Part shown: in pieces, positions 30,318-40,346 of the stretch | How the letters are laid out: every line of letters starts with the position of its first letter | Numbering within the stretch: the first letter of the stretch is position 1 | From: Rickettsiales bacterium | Lineage (GTDB): Bacteria; Pseudomonadota; Alphaproteobacteria; Rickettsiales; UBA1997 | Direction of reading: 5' to 3' | Assembly (NCBI GenBank): GCA_965661355.1 | Contig: CBFIDI010000003.1 | Location: 1-57,994 of the forward strand | DNA length: 57,994 nt | The notes under the pieces: generated by a model | Seen by the model: the letters and a program-made list of their open reading frames with translations, nothing else | What the model was told of the DNA's origin: nothing | Databases searched by the model: none | Translations under genes and position numbers: made by a program

Positions 30318-30752
30318 ATGTCCGAAGATTGTAAATTTATTCATCTTGAAAAGCCCGAAGAGATGATGCTTGCTTATGATCTAATTAGTCAATTTTATGA
30401 TCAATTTAGCCGCGAAGAATTTTTTGTAAAAATTAAAAAAATGCACCAGCAAAATGATTATAAAATAGTAGCAATTTACCAGGGGGAAAATATGGTGGCG
30501 GTTGCTGGTTACTGGGTTTTGTCGATGTTATATTGCTCTGATTATATTCAAATTTCAAATTTTGTGGTTGATCAAAATCTGAGAGGTCGAGGATTGGGCA
30601 CGAAAATGTTGAGATATTTCGAAAAAGTTGCCACAAAGTTATCTTGCAGTAAAATTATTCTTGATTCATATACCGAAAATAAAAAATCGCATAATCTTTA
30701 TTTTAAAGAAGGTTTCTATATTCGCGGATTTCACTTTATGAAAGATTTGTAA
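30318..30752 (+). CDS. GNAT family N-acetyltransferase
   Basis: VVDQNLRGRGLGTKML acetyl-CoA motif; SHNLYFKEGF; ATG at 30318 preferred. Confidence 0.88.
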   Translation: MSEDCKFIHLEKPEEMMLAYDLISQFYDQFSREEFFVKIKKMHQQNDYKIVAIYQGENMVAVAGYWVLSMLYCSDYIQISNFVVDQNLRGRGLGTKMLRYFEKVATKLSCSKIILDSYTENKKSHNLYFKEGFYIRGFHFMKDL

Positions 30753-30956
30753 AGTTTTTTAATCTAGTTCTTTGGCGCTAAATTATTCAAGGTGAGTTAA
30801 TAAAAATATTTTAACTAAATACTAAAATTACAAATTTTAGTCTCTGGCTTTGCTGTTTAAATTTTAAGTAAAATTTTATTTTTATGATTAAGCCTTGATA
30901 ATTACTTAAAACTTGCCCTTTAAGACAATATTTTGTCTTAAGTTTTTTCTTGACAT

Positions 30957-31082
30957 ATAGTAAGATTTCTCTTTAAGTACCGATTTATCCATTATAAAAA
31001 ACTCAACTATTGATTGATTATTACTCGCTTATTGTTAATAAATTTACTAATTAAATTAGAATTTAAAGGCGGGGTTTGCTGT
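30957..31082. repeat. Degenerate copy of palindromic element family B
   Basis: CTTTAAGTACCGATTTATCC..TTATAAAAAACTCA..TAATAAATTTACTAAT..ATTTAAAGGCGGGGTTTG resembles the family-B copies. Confidence 0.4.
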
Positions 31083-31375
31083 TGCGGCATTTTTAATCTT
31101 TGAAGGGTAACATCAACATTTCATGCTTTTTAACAAAAAACGATAATAAAAATATGGTTATATATTTTGACTTTATTAAGCTTTAAAGATCGATCCTGAC
31201 ATTATAAAATTTAATATAATTGTTAAAAAATTTAACTAAATATTTAAAGATAGAAGTTGTAATTGTTGGTAAAATAATGCAAGGTTTTTTATGAATTTTA
31301 AGTTAAAACCAACTTGCTTTTGCGCAAAAAATAATATAGAATTTATTTGAAAGACAAATATAAAAATGGAAATAA

Positions 31376-32257
31376 ATGAAAGTTAAAATTGCAACTTTTA
31401 ATGTAAATTCAATAAAAGCAAGGCTAGAAAATGTTTTAAATTGGTTAAAAGAGTCAAATATTGATATTGCACTTTTGCAAGAATTAAAATGCGAAGAAGA
31501 TAAATTTCCCTATGAAGCAATTGAAGATTTAGGCTATAATGTTGCAATTTGTTCTCAAAAAACTTACAATGGCGTAGCTATTTTATCGAAATTCAAGATT
31601 GAAGATGTTGTAAAATCTATCCCTAATTTTGACAAAGATCTTGGCGTGAAGGTAAAGAAAAATAATGACCAAGATTTATTTGCCGATTCTTCAAAAAAAC
31701 AAATTCAGGCGCGTTACATAGAGGCTGTTATACCAATTTCTAATAGCGCAATCAGAGTTGCGTCAATTTATGTTCCAAATGGCGGTGGCAAATTAGAAGA
31801 TGGGCAAAAGTTAGAAAATAGTGAAAAATTTATATATAAAATGAATTTCTACGATGCTTTAAAAAATCATCTTAAAGAAGTTTTAACTTATGACGAAATT
31901 GCAATATTTGGCGGTGATTATAATGTTGGTTGTTATAATGTCGATGTTTACGATCCAAAAAACTTAGAAGGAACAGTTTGTTTTCATGAAGATGAGCGTA
32001 GAAAATTTAAAAGCTTACTAAATTTGGGCTTAACTGATTCTTTTCGCGCTAAAAATCCTGAAACCCAAGCTTTTAGTTGGTGGGATTATCGTGGTAATGG
32101 TTGGGAATATGACAAGGGTTTAAGAATTGATTATTTACTGACCTCTGCTTTGGCGACTGATAAAATAACTAATTGTTATATTCAAGATAAAGATGTGCGC
32201 GATAAAAGCAAGGCTTCGGATCATTGCCCAGTAGTTTTAGAGATTGATGTTGATTAG
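31376..32257 (+). CDS. xth: Exodeoxyribonuclease III
   Basis: ATFNVNSI, LQELK, YNGVAILSK, IYVPNG, GDYN, FSWWDYR, GLRID, SDHCPV. Confidence 0.95.
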   Translation: MKVKIATFNVNSIKARLENVLNWLKESNIDIALLQELKCEEDKFPYEAIEDLGYNVAICSQKTYNGVAILSKFKIEDVVKSIPNFDKDLGVKVKKNNDQDLFADSSKKQIQARYIEAVIPISNSAIRVASIYVPNGGGKLEDGQKLENSEKFIYKMNFYDALKNHLKEVLTYDEIAIFGGDYNVGCYNVDVYDPKNLEGTVCFHEDERRKFKSLLNLGLTDSFRAKNPETQAFSWWDYRGNGWEYDKGLRIDYLLTSALATDKITNCYIQDKDVRDKSKASDHCPVVLEIDVD

Positions 32258-32298
32258 CAACATTTTTTAGGGTTAAAATCAAAATTAAATAAAATAAT

Positions 32299-33804
32299 AT
32301 GCTAATTCTAATAACAATAATTTCGATCTTAATATTAATTTTAGCATTTTTGATATTTATCAAATTATTTTCTTTGAATTCAGATAAAAAAATCTTAGAA
32401 TTAAGCGCGAATTTAAGAGAAGAAATAAATGAAAAGCTAGAAAAAATAGAAGAATTAATTGATAAAAATTTTTCAAAAAACCGCGAAGAAAATCAAATTA
32501 GTGCCAGAAACAGCCGCGAAGAAGTTAATAATTCATTTAAGAATTTTAATGATTCTATTTTGAGTAATTTTTCTAATTTAGCTAAAATACAAAGTTCAAA
32601 ACTTGATGAGTTTTCAAGGAATTTACAATTTTTTGAAGAAAAATTTCTTAAAAATAATAATGAAAACAGGGTGGAGTTAACGAATAATCTCAAAGAATTT
32701 GACCAAAGTCAAAAAATGATATTCGAAGAGTTTTTCAGTAAAGGTGATAAAATGCGTGCGCAAAATGAAGAAAAGCTAGATTTAATAAGAAGTACAGTAG
32801 AAAATAAACTGGCAAATCTTCAGGAAGACAATAATAAAAAGCTCGAAGAGATGCGACTTACGGTTGATGAAAAGTTACAATCAACTGTTGAAAAGCGTTT
32901 TAATCAATCTTTTCATCTTATTTCAACAAGGCTAGAGCAGGTACAGAAAGGTTTGGGTGAAATGCAAAATTTAGCCAATGGTGTTGGCGACTTAAAAAAG
33001 GTTTTGTCAAATGTTAAAACGCGTGGCAATATTGGCGAAATTCAGCTTGAAGCAATTATAGAGCAATATTTTGCCTCGTCGCAATATGAAAAGAACGCCG
33101 CTATCAAAGAAAATAGCACCCAGCGCGTTGAGTTTGCAATTAAAATACCAAGCAAAGAAAGTGAAGATGATGTTTTGTTGCTGCCAATTGATTCAAAATT
33201 TCCTATGGAAGATTACGAGCGCCTTGCTAATTCTTACGAAAACGCCGATCCGACAAATCAACAACATACAAAAGCGGCGATAGATTCTGCGCGTCGTTAT
33301 TTTGAATCGGCGGTTAAAAAAGCAGCTAAAGATATACATGATAAATATTTAAATCCACCAAAAACTACTGATTTTGCCATTATGTTTGTTCCGACAGAGG
33401 GTTTGTATGCTGAAATTTTAAGAAGCCAAAATTTATTTGAAGATATACAAAAAAACTATCGCGTCGTTGTTCTAGGGCCAACTACTATTATTGCATTTTT
33501 AAGCGCTTTGCAAATGGGTTTTAGAACATTGGCCGTTGAAAAAAGATCAAGTGAAGTTTGGAAAGTTTTGGGCTCGGTAAAAGGAGAATTTTCAAAATTT
33601 GGCGATTTATTGGAAAAAACCAAGAAAAAACTTCAAGAAACCGAAAATGTTATCGATAAAGCTTCAATTAGAAGTAGGGCAATTGAAAGGCAGTTAAAAG
33701 ATGTGCAGACAATAGAAGATCCGAAAAAAGACGAGCAAATTGAAGGTAATTCTGATTTGTTAAGCAATATTTTAGATGTAAAGAATGATAATAATGAAAA
33801 TTAA
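32299..33804 (+). CDS. rmuC: DNA recombination protein RmuC
   Basis: N-terminal TM plus coiled coil; LSNVKTRG..GEIQL, PIDSKFP, TTDFAIMFVPTEGLY, SEVWKVLG. Confidence 0.93.
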   Translation: MLILITIISILILILAFLIFIKLFSLNSDKKILELSANLREEINEKLEKIEELIDKNFSKNREENQISARNSREEVNNSFKNFNDSILSNFSNLAKIQSSKLDEFSRNLQFFEEKFLKNNNENRVELTNNLKEFDQSQKMIFEEFFSKGDKMRAQNEEKLDLIRSTVENKLANLQEDNNKKLEEMRLTVDEKLQSTVEKRFNQSFHLISTRLEQVQKGLGEMQNLANGVGDLKKVLSNVKTRGNIGEIQLEAIIEQYFASSQYEKNAAIKENSTQRVEFAIKIPSKESEDDVLLLPIDSKFPMEDYERLANSYENADPTNQQHTKAAIDSARRYFESAVKKAAKDIHDKYLNPPKTTDFAIMFVPTEGLYAEILRSQNLFEDIQKNYRVVVLGPTTIIAFLSALQMGFRTLAVEKRSSEVWKVLGSVKGEFSKFGDLLEKTKKKLQETENVIDKASIRSRAIERQLKDVQTIEDPKKDEQIEGNSDLLSNILDVKNDNNEN

Positions 33805-33830
33805 ATATCTAATATCATTAATAATTAAAC

Positions 33831-33922
33831 AATAAAGCCATCGTCAAAACTTTCGTGACATATCAGATTATATTGCTCATTTTTTTTAGCCTTTTACAAT
33901 TAGTTATAAAGTTAAAATGGTG
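33831..33922. repeat. Partial copy of palindromic element family A
   Basis: AATAAAGCCATCGTCAAAACTTTCGTGACATATCAG...TTATAAAGTTAAAATGGTG. Confidence 0.55.
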
Positions 33923-33994
33923 TAGAATTAACGGTGATAAAGATAAAAATAATAACTAAATATAATATAACTTTAAGCTAAAGCTAATTAAGGC

Positions 33995-34023
33995 CTTGAA
34001 AAATTAGAATTTTGTAATTATAT
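33995..34023 (+). promoter_or_regulatory. Putative RpoH (sigma32) promoter of lon
   Basis: CTTGAA-N16-ATTATAT, same spacing as the dnaK site. Confidence 0.55.
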
Positions 34024-34060
34024 CATAATTTAATATGCAATTATATTTAAATAAATATTT

Positions 34061-36496
34061 ATGTCTAAGAAGTCAGAAAAAATAAAAAACATTAAGCAAA
34101 AAATAGAAGAAAAGTCAGATTCAGACAAGTCTCATAAGTTTTTTGCATTACCAGTTCGCGATATTGTTGTATTTCCGCAGATGACAACAACAATTTTAAT
34201 TGGCAGAGCAAAATCAGTTGCAGCAATAAAAGAGGCCAAAAGGTTAAATCTTCCAGTTTTAGTAGTTACGCAAACTAACCCCGATCATGATGATTTTAGC
34301 AATAAAACTATCTATAAAGTTGGTGTTTTATGTGAAGTAATAGAGGTTGCAAGTCTTCCTGATTCAACGGTTAAAGCAATTGTAACCGGAGTTGCGAGGG
34401 CGAAAATAGTTAAAGCCGAAGAATCTGGTAAATTTTTTACCTGTGAAGCGCAAGTAAAAAAAGATGACGAGTTTGAATTTGGCCAAAATAAAGAGATCTT
34501 AAGTTTGATGAAAAGTAATATTGGAAATTTTTCGCAATTTTCGCAATATGACAAAAAAATATCTCAAGATGCAATTGCGGCAATAAAAAAAATAAAATCA
34601 CCTTATGGTTTAAGTAATTTGTTGATGTCTTTACTTAATTCTTCAATTGAAAAAAAGCAAGAAGTATTGCAAGAAGATGATGTTGTAAAAAAATTATACA
34701 AAACTTTAGAGTTAATTAAAATTGAGCTTGAAATTGCGCAAACCGAAACAAAGATAAATCAATCAATTCAAGAAAAATTAGCAAAATCACAGAAAAACTT
34801 TTATTTGCTTGAGCAAATGCGCCAAATTAAGAAAGAATTAGGGCAAGATGGTGGCGACGAAGAAGGTGAAGTTGATAGTCTGCGTAGAAAAATAAAGAAA
34901 TTAAAACTTCCAGAAGAAGCAGAAAATAAATGCGAAAACGAGCTTAAAAAGCTGGAAAAAATGAACCCTTATTCGTCAGAATCGGCAATTGTTAGAAATT
35001 ATCTAGATTTAATTATAGAATTACCTTGGCATAAAAAAACTAAATCGAATAACGATTTCGAAAAATCTAGTGACATTCTTGATAAAAGTCATTTTGGCTT
35101 GCAGAAAGTTAAAGATAGAATTCTTGAATTTATTGCTGTGCAAATGAAGTCAAAGAATATTAAGGGCCCAATTTTGTGTTTGGTTGGCGCACCCGGTGTT
35201 GGTAAAACATCTTTGGCAAGGTCTATTGCTAATTCTTTAGGTAGAAAATATTGCAAAATATCTTTAGGCGGTGTTCGCGACGAATCAGAAATTCGCGGCC
35301 ATAGAAGAACTTATATTGGCTCTATGCCCGGAAGAATGATTGACTCTATGCGTAAATCAAAAGTTGTCAATCCTTTAATATTGCTCGATGAAATAGACAA
35401 AATGTCTTATGATTTAAGAGGCGATCCGTCTTCTGCGTTGCTTGAGGTTTTAGATCCGGAGCAAAATAAAAACTTCTCGGATCATTATCTTGAAGTTGAC
35501 TATGACTTATCGCAGGTGATGTTTGTTGCAACTGCAAATAATATATCTTCTGTTCCGGCTCCTTTGCGTGACAGAATGGAAATTATTAGACTTTCTGGTT
35601 ACACTGAAAATGAAAAGTTAGACATTGCTAAAAAACATTTAGTTGACAAGCAAATTAAAGAAAATGGACTAAAAAAATCCGAAATATCAATTGACGATTC
35701 TGTAATATTAAAAATTATTAGAAATTATACTTTTGAGGCCGGAGTTAGAAATCTTGAGCGTGAAATTGGTAAAATTGCTAGAAAATCAGCTAAAAAAATA
35801 ATAACTTCGAAAGATAAAAAAATTGTAGTCAATGATAAAAATATAAAAGATTTCTTGGGTGTTGAAAAATTCAGATATGGTGTTGCTAAAGATGATGATA
35901 TTGTTGGCGTTGCAACGGGTCTGGCCTATACGGAATATGGCGGAGATTTACTTGATATTGAGACTTTGAAATTTGAAGGCGGTGTTGGTAAAATTCATAT
36001 TACTGGAAGGCTTGGAGATGTTATGAAAGAGTCTGCTAGCGCTTCTTTAAGTTATATGAAGTCAATTGCGACAGATCTTGGTGTTGATCCTAAAAAATTT
36101 TCGAAACTAGATTTTCATATTCATGTTCCCGAGGGTGCAACGCCAAAAGATGGCCCTTCAGCTGGTGTGGCCTTGTGTTGTTCTTTGGCTTCGACCATAA
36201 CCGGCAAAAAAATCAAGAAAGATATTGCCATGACTGGTGAAATTACCTTGACGGGCAGAGTTTTAGAAATTGGCGGCCTTAAAGAAAAGCTTCTGGCGGC
36301 ACTAAGAGGCGGAATAAAAACTGTGTTAATTCCTAAGCGTAACGAAAAAGACCTAGTTGAAATACCAGAAGAGGTAACTCGTGACCTAAAAATAAAGCTT
36401 GTTGACAATGTTAAAGAGGTCTTAAAAGAGGCGATAATTGGTTATGATAAGTCAAAAAATAATAAGAAGTCGAGCGTAAAGAAATCTAGAGAATAA
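34061..36496 (+). CDS. lon: Endopeptidase La
   Basis: GAPGVGKTS Walker A, RGHRRTYIGSMPG, LLDEIDK, PKDGPSAG catalytic Ser, IGGLKEK. Confidence 0.98.
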   Translation: MSKKSEKIKNIKQKIEEKSDSDKSHKFFALPVRDIVVFPQMTTTILIGRAKSVAAIKEAKRLNLPVLVVTQTNPDHDDFSNKTIYKVGVLCEVIEVASLPDSTVKAIVTGVARAKIVKAEESGKFFTCEAQVKKDDEFEFGQNKEILSLMKSNIGNFSQFSQYDKKISQDAIAAIKKIKSPYGLSNLLMSLLNSSIEKKQEVLQEDDVVKKLYKTLELIKIELEIAQTETKINQSIQEKLAKSQKNFYLLEQMRQIKKELGQDGGDEEGEVDSLRRKIKKLKLPEEAENKCENELKKLEKMNPYSSESAIVRNYLDLIIELPWHKKTKSNNDFEKSSDILDKSHFGLQKVKDRILEFIAVQMKSKNIKGPILCLVGAPGVGKTSLARSIANSLGRKYCKISLGGVRDESEIRGHRRTYIGSMPGRMIDSMRKSKVVNPLILLDEIDKMSYDLRGDPSSALLEVLDPEQNKNFSDHYLEVDYDLSQVMFVATANNISSVPAPLRDRMEIIRLSGYTENEKLDIAKKHLVDKQIKENGLKKSEISIDDSVILKIIRNYTFEAGVRNLEREIGKIARKSAKKIITSKDKKIVVNDKNIKDFLGVEKFRYGVAKDDDIVGVATGLAYTEYGGDLLDIETLKFEGGVGKIHITGRLGDVMKESASASLSYMKSIATDLGVDPKKFSKLDFHIHVPEGATPKDGPSAGVALCCSLASTITGKKIKKDIAMTGEITLTGRVLEIGGLKEKLLAALRGGIKTVLIPKRNEKDLVEIPEEVTRDLKIKLVDNVKEVLKEAIIGYDKSKNNKKSSVKKSRE

Positions 36497-37078
36497 TTTT
36501 TACCTTTTAAAAAACTCGATAATTCAATTATGGGCAAAATAATTCGCATAATATTTTACTAAAATTTACGAGAAAATTATTTTTGCTAGTTTGTACCTGA
36601 AATTATATACAAAATGTCAAGTTTTGTTTATGAAAATTGGAAAATTCATCAAATAATGCCAATTTTAGATTTGCAAAGTAAATTTTAGTCGTAACTTTTC
36701 TTGAGTCTTAAATAAAGAAAAACCCTATTTAAAACTTGACTAAGACTTTGCTTCTCTTATATATCTTGCTAAATTCATAGCCAAAAACTAAACTATTCGT
36801 TGGCTATGTCTTGCTTTTTTATCCTAAAACTATTATTTACAGATTTGCTTGGTATGTCTATTTTTGTAAATTACTTTATAGATACGAAATTGCAATACTT
36901 ATTAAAAAAAACATTGAAAAATGCTTGCGACTTAGTATAATTTATGAATCTGATATAAACGGTGATTTAGATAGAATGATCCTTGATAATATATGGATTT
37001 TACACGAAAATAACACACCTTTGAAATCTTGTGAAATATGCAAGTATTTCATTAAACAAATTGAATTTAAAATTAAAA

Positions 37079-38842
37079 ATGCAAGAAAATAGCAAGAATA
37101 TATTAATTGCCGCAACCCTTTCGTTGCTTGTTTTGGTTGGTTGGACATGGCTTTATGAAAAGCCTAGAATTGAGCGCGAAGAATTGCAAAGAAAAGCGAG
37201 GCAAATTAAAATTGATGAAAAGAGTTCTCGAGCTTCTGAGTTGGGTCAAGAAAAATATCGCAATATTTCAAGGTCAAAGTCTGCTAATTCAATTTCGGGG
37301 CCAAAAAATGAAAGCGTAATTTCTCTTAAAAGTCGTAAAGAAATTCTGGAAAGTAGCGACAAAAACCGTATATTTATAAAAAGCGATTCTTTACAGGGTT
37401 CAATTTTTTTAAAAGGCGCTAGATTTGACGATTTAAGTCTTGCAAATTACTATAAAACTGCAGAAAAAAAGGAGGAAGTAGTTTTGTTTGCGCCAGCCAG
37501 AAGTAAAAACAGATATTTTGCCGATTTTGGCTGGGTTTCGTCCGATTCTAGTCTAGATTTGCCAAATCCGGATACCATCTGGAAAAGTGATTACAGGGTT
37601 CTAACGCCGCAAAAACCAATAAATTTATATTGGAAGAACAGGCAAAATATACGCTTTGAGATAGAAATTTCTATGGATAAAAACTTTATGTTTTTTATTA
37701 AGCAAAAAGTTAAGAATTTATCAAATAAAAACTACACAATTGCTAATTATGGTCGTATAAATCGATCTATGGGTGACATAAAGAAGCAAAATTATATTTT
37801 GCACGAAGGGTTTTTGGGTGAATTTAATAATAAGCTTGAAGAATATGATTACGAAGATGCTATAGATGATGGTAATAAAACTTTTGACTCAACTGGTTCA
37901 ATTTGGCTTGGAATAACCGACAAATATTGGCTTAGCTCGATAATACCAGATGAAAAATATGATTACCAATCAACATTTTCATTCAAAAACTCAAACCGCA
38001 ATAAAATTTTTAATTCAGAATTTATAACTCAAGAATTTAGACTTGATAAGAAGTCTGAAATATCATTTAACCACAAACTTTTTGCTGGTGCTAAAAAAGT
38101 TAAGTTAATTGATGATTATGCAAAAGAATATAATATCAGATTATTTGATCGTGCAATTGATTTTGGTTGGTTTTATTTTTTAACTAAGCCATTTTTCTTT
38201 GCGATTGACTTTTTGCATAAATTCTTAGGAAATTTTGGATTGGCGATTCTAGTTATGACAATTTTTGTTAAGCTGGCGTTGTTTCCCATGGCAAATAAAT
38301 CATATAGGGCTATTGCTAAAATGAAAAAGCTGCAACCTAAAATTGTCGAGATCCGCAAGAAAAACAAAGGCAATAAAGTCGAGATGAATCGGGCTATGAT
38401 GGATCTTTATAAGCGTGAAAAAGTAAATCCGGCATCGGGTTGTTTGCCAATTTTGGTGCAAATTCCTATTTTCTTCTCGCTTTATAAGGTAATTTTTGTT
38501 ACCCTAGATATGCGCCATGCGCCATTTTATGGCTGGATAAATGATTTATCTGCGCCTGATCCAACATCAATTTTTAACCTTTTTGGCTTATTACCATTTG
38601 AAGTTGGTGGGGTTTTTGCAATTGGAATTTGGCCAATTTTAATGGGAATTACTATGGTTTTGCAGCAAAAATTAAGCCCTCCGGTTGCTGACCCAACGCA
38701 AGCAAAAGTGATGAAATTTTTACCATTTATATTAACTTTTGTTCTGGCGTCATTTCCGGCGGGTCTGGTAATTTATTGGACATGGAATAATTTACTGTCT
38801 ATTATTCAGCAATATTACATTACTAAAAAAGTGGACTCTTAA
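37079..38842 (+). CDS. yidC: Membrane protein insertase YidC
   Basis: WLGITDKYW, AIDFGWFYFLTKP, NPASGCLPILVQIPIFFSLY, DLSAPDP; ATG at 37079 preferred. Confidence 0.96.
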   Translation: MQENSKNILIAATLSLLVLVGWTWLYEKPRIEREELQRKARQIKIDEKSSRASELGQEKYRNISRSKSANSISGPKNESVISLKSRKEILESSDKNRIFIKSDSLQGSIFLKGARFDDLSLANYYKTAEKKEEVVLFAPARSKNRYFADFGWVSSDSSLDLPNPDTIWKSDYRVLTPQKPINLYWKNRQNIRFEIEISMDKNFMFFIKQKVKNLSNKNYTIANYGRINRSMGDIKKQNYILHEGFLGEFNNKLEEYDYEDAIDDGNKTFDSTGSIWLGITDKYWLSSIIPDEKYDYQSTFSFKNSNRNKIFNSEFITQEFRLDKKSEISFNHKLFAGAKKVKLIDDYAKEYNIRLFDRAIDFGWFYFLTKPFFFAIDFLHKFLGNFGLAILVMTIFVKLALFPMANKSYRAIAKMKKLQPKIVEIRKKNKGNKVEMNRAMMDLYKREKVNPASGCLPILVQIPIFFSLYKVIFVTLDMRHAPFYGWINDLSAPDPTSIFNLFGLLPFEVGGVFAIGIWPILMGITMVLQQKLSPPVADPTQAKVMKFLPFILTFVLASFPAGLVIYWTWNNLLSIIQQYYITKKVDS

Positions 38843-38854
38843 GAAATAAATTTA

Positions 38855-38946
38855 GGAAGGGTGGCCGAGTGGTCGAAGGCGCGCGCTTGGAAAGCGCGTA
38901 TGGGGGTTAAACCTCATCAAGGGTTCGAATCCCTTTCCTTCCGCCA
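38855..38946 (+). tRNA. tRNA-Ser (anticodon GGA), CCA encoded
   Basis: GGAAGGG acceptor / TCCTTCC-G-CCA; CGCGC-TTGGAAA-GCGCG anticodon arm; long variable arm; GGGTTCGAATCCC. Confidence 0.97.
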
Positions 38947-39145
38947 GTTTAACTGGTTTTTTAAATAATTCTCCGCTCATATTTTCTAAACTTCATCAAG
39001 GTCAGAATATAATTAGAATAAATTAATGGGTAAAAAATATATGCTTTTGAGCAGAGACAAAAATTTAAGTTTTTACAAAAAAAGATAGAAAAAGACTATT
39101 TCATTGATCATATTATAAATTAATTATCAGGAAAAAGAGGCCTGA

Positions 39146-39901
39146 TGCCTTTCTCTAATTTTTCGTTCCAGAATAAATTTGGATAAGAAGCTTTTTAGTA
39201 AAGTTAGCGAATTATCTTACCCAACTTCAGAAATTTCTCCTCAAGGTCGCTGTAATAGAAAAGGGAAAATTATGTTATATGCCTCAACTTCGGAGCTTGG
39301 AACTATTGTTGAAAGCGTTGCGTCAGTTATGGCCTTAAATATTCTTTTTACAATATCGAGCATAAAAAGAAAAGGGGAAGTAAATAATAAATTGGTTTTC
39401 AAATCATTCGGTATTCAAGAAAAATTAAATATACAGGGCAAATATTCTAAAGAGTTTAATGATTTTTGCAATCAAGAATTTTTAAAAATTATTGACAAAA
39501 ACTCAATTTCAGAAAATAATTATAATTTTACCATTGCCCTAAATGAATTCTTTTCAGATGGAAATATAGTTACCATTAATGCAAATACCAAAAATAAGGA
39601 GCCAGCATACTTTAATATGGCACTTGTGTATCCATGTGTTTATTCTAAAAAAATTACAAATAAAACAGTTTATAATCTTGCTATTAAACCAGAAGTTTTT
39701 GATATTAATTACAAAATATAGGAGTGTTTTATTTATGTGCTAATGCATAAAAAGCCAAATTATTACATAATATTAACGCCGATAAATAAGGCTATAGTAA
39801 GAGATTTAAATTTAGTATGGGAATATAATTATGAGGAAATGGTTAGAAGAGTTAAAAATGGACAAGGATTTAGAGATATAAAATCCAATTATGTAAAATA
39901 G
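39146..39901 (+). pseudogene. RES-domain protein pseudogene
   Basis: FRSR...ELSYP...GRCNRKG..MLYAS....TIVE...YP...NLAI; in-frame TGA at 39143; internal TAG at 39719 after which the frame stays open ~59 codons. Confidence 0.65.
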
Positions 39902-39963
39902 TTTCTAAAAAATATTCTGTAGTGATAAATAAGACTAAAAAAATTCACAAATGTTATCGCTTA

Positions 39964-40062
39964 CTTCGACAGGCACAAAAGTTCGAAATTTAAAGGGCAA
40001 CCCAAATAAGTTTTAAACGCTTATAAATATTGACTTCATAAAATTGTCGAATGGTTCGTAAA
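39964..40062 (+). repeat. Diverged ~100-bp direct repeat, copy 1
   Basis: About 72% identical over the first 43 bp (manual alignment) to 43788-43886. Confidence 0.5.
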
Positions 40063-40263
40063 TCTTATCTTTCGCTCCGCTATTCTACTGCCCCTAGTTT
40101 TATCTTCACCCTAAATTTTTTAATTCACACAAGACTTAAAAGCTACTAAATAAAGGTTAAAATTAGCAGAACATTAATTTTGGTTTTTTAATTTGTAATT
40201 TTGATAAAAGATGGGGTTTAAAAGCAACTATCGCTACATTTCTTAAAGAAATTAGAGAAATTC

Positions 40264-40292
40264 TTTACATAAATCAAATTTTCTGATATAAT
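40264..40292 (+). promoter_or_regulatory. Putative sigma70 promoter (extended -10) for the 955-aa gene
   Basis: TTTACA-N17-TATAAT with TGn extension. Confidence 0.5.
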
Positions 40293-40346
40293 GGAGTTAG
40301 AAATAAAAAATGTTAGTAAAAAATATTAATATAAATTAAAAAAATT

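Noticed and set aside
36811-37092. 93-aa ORF upstream of yidC as possible yidD
   Set aside because: Lacks the YidD CRFxPTCS motif, has a TTG start and no recognisable family. It could be a small orphan, but I cannot support it.
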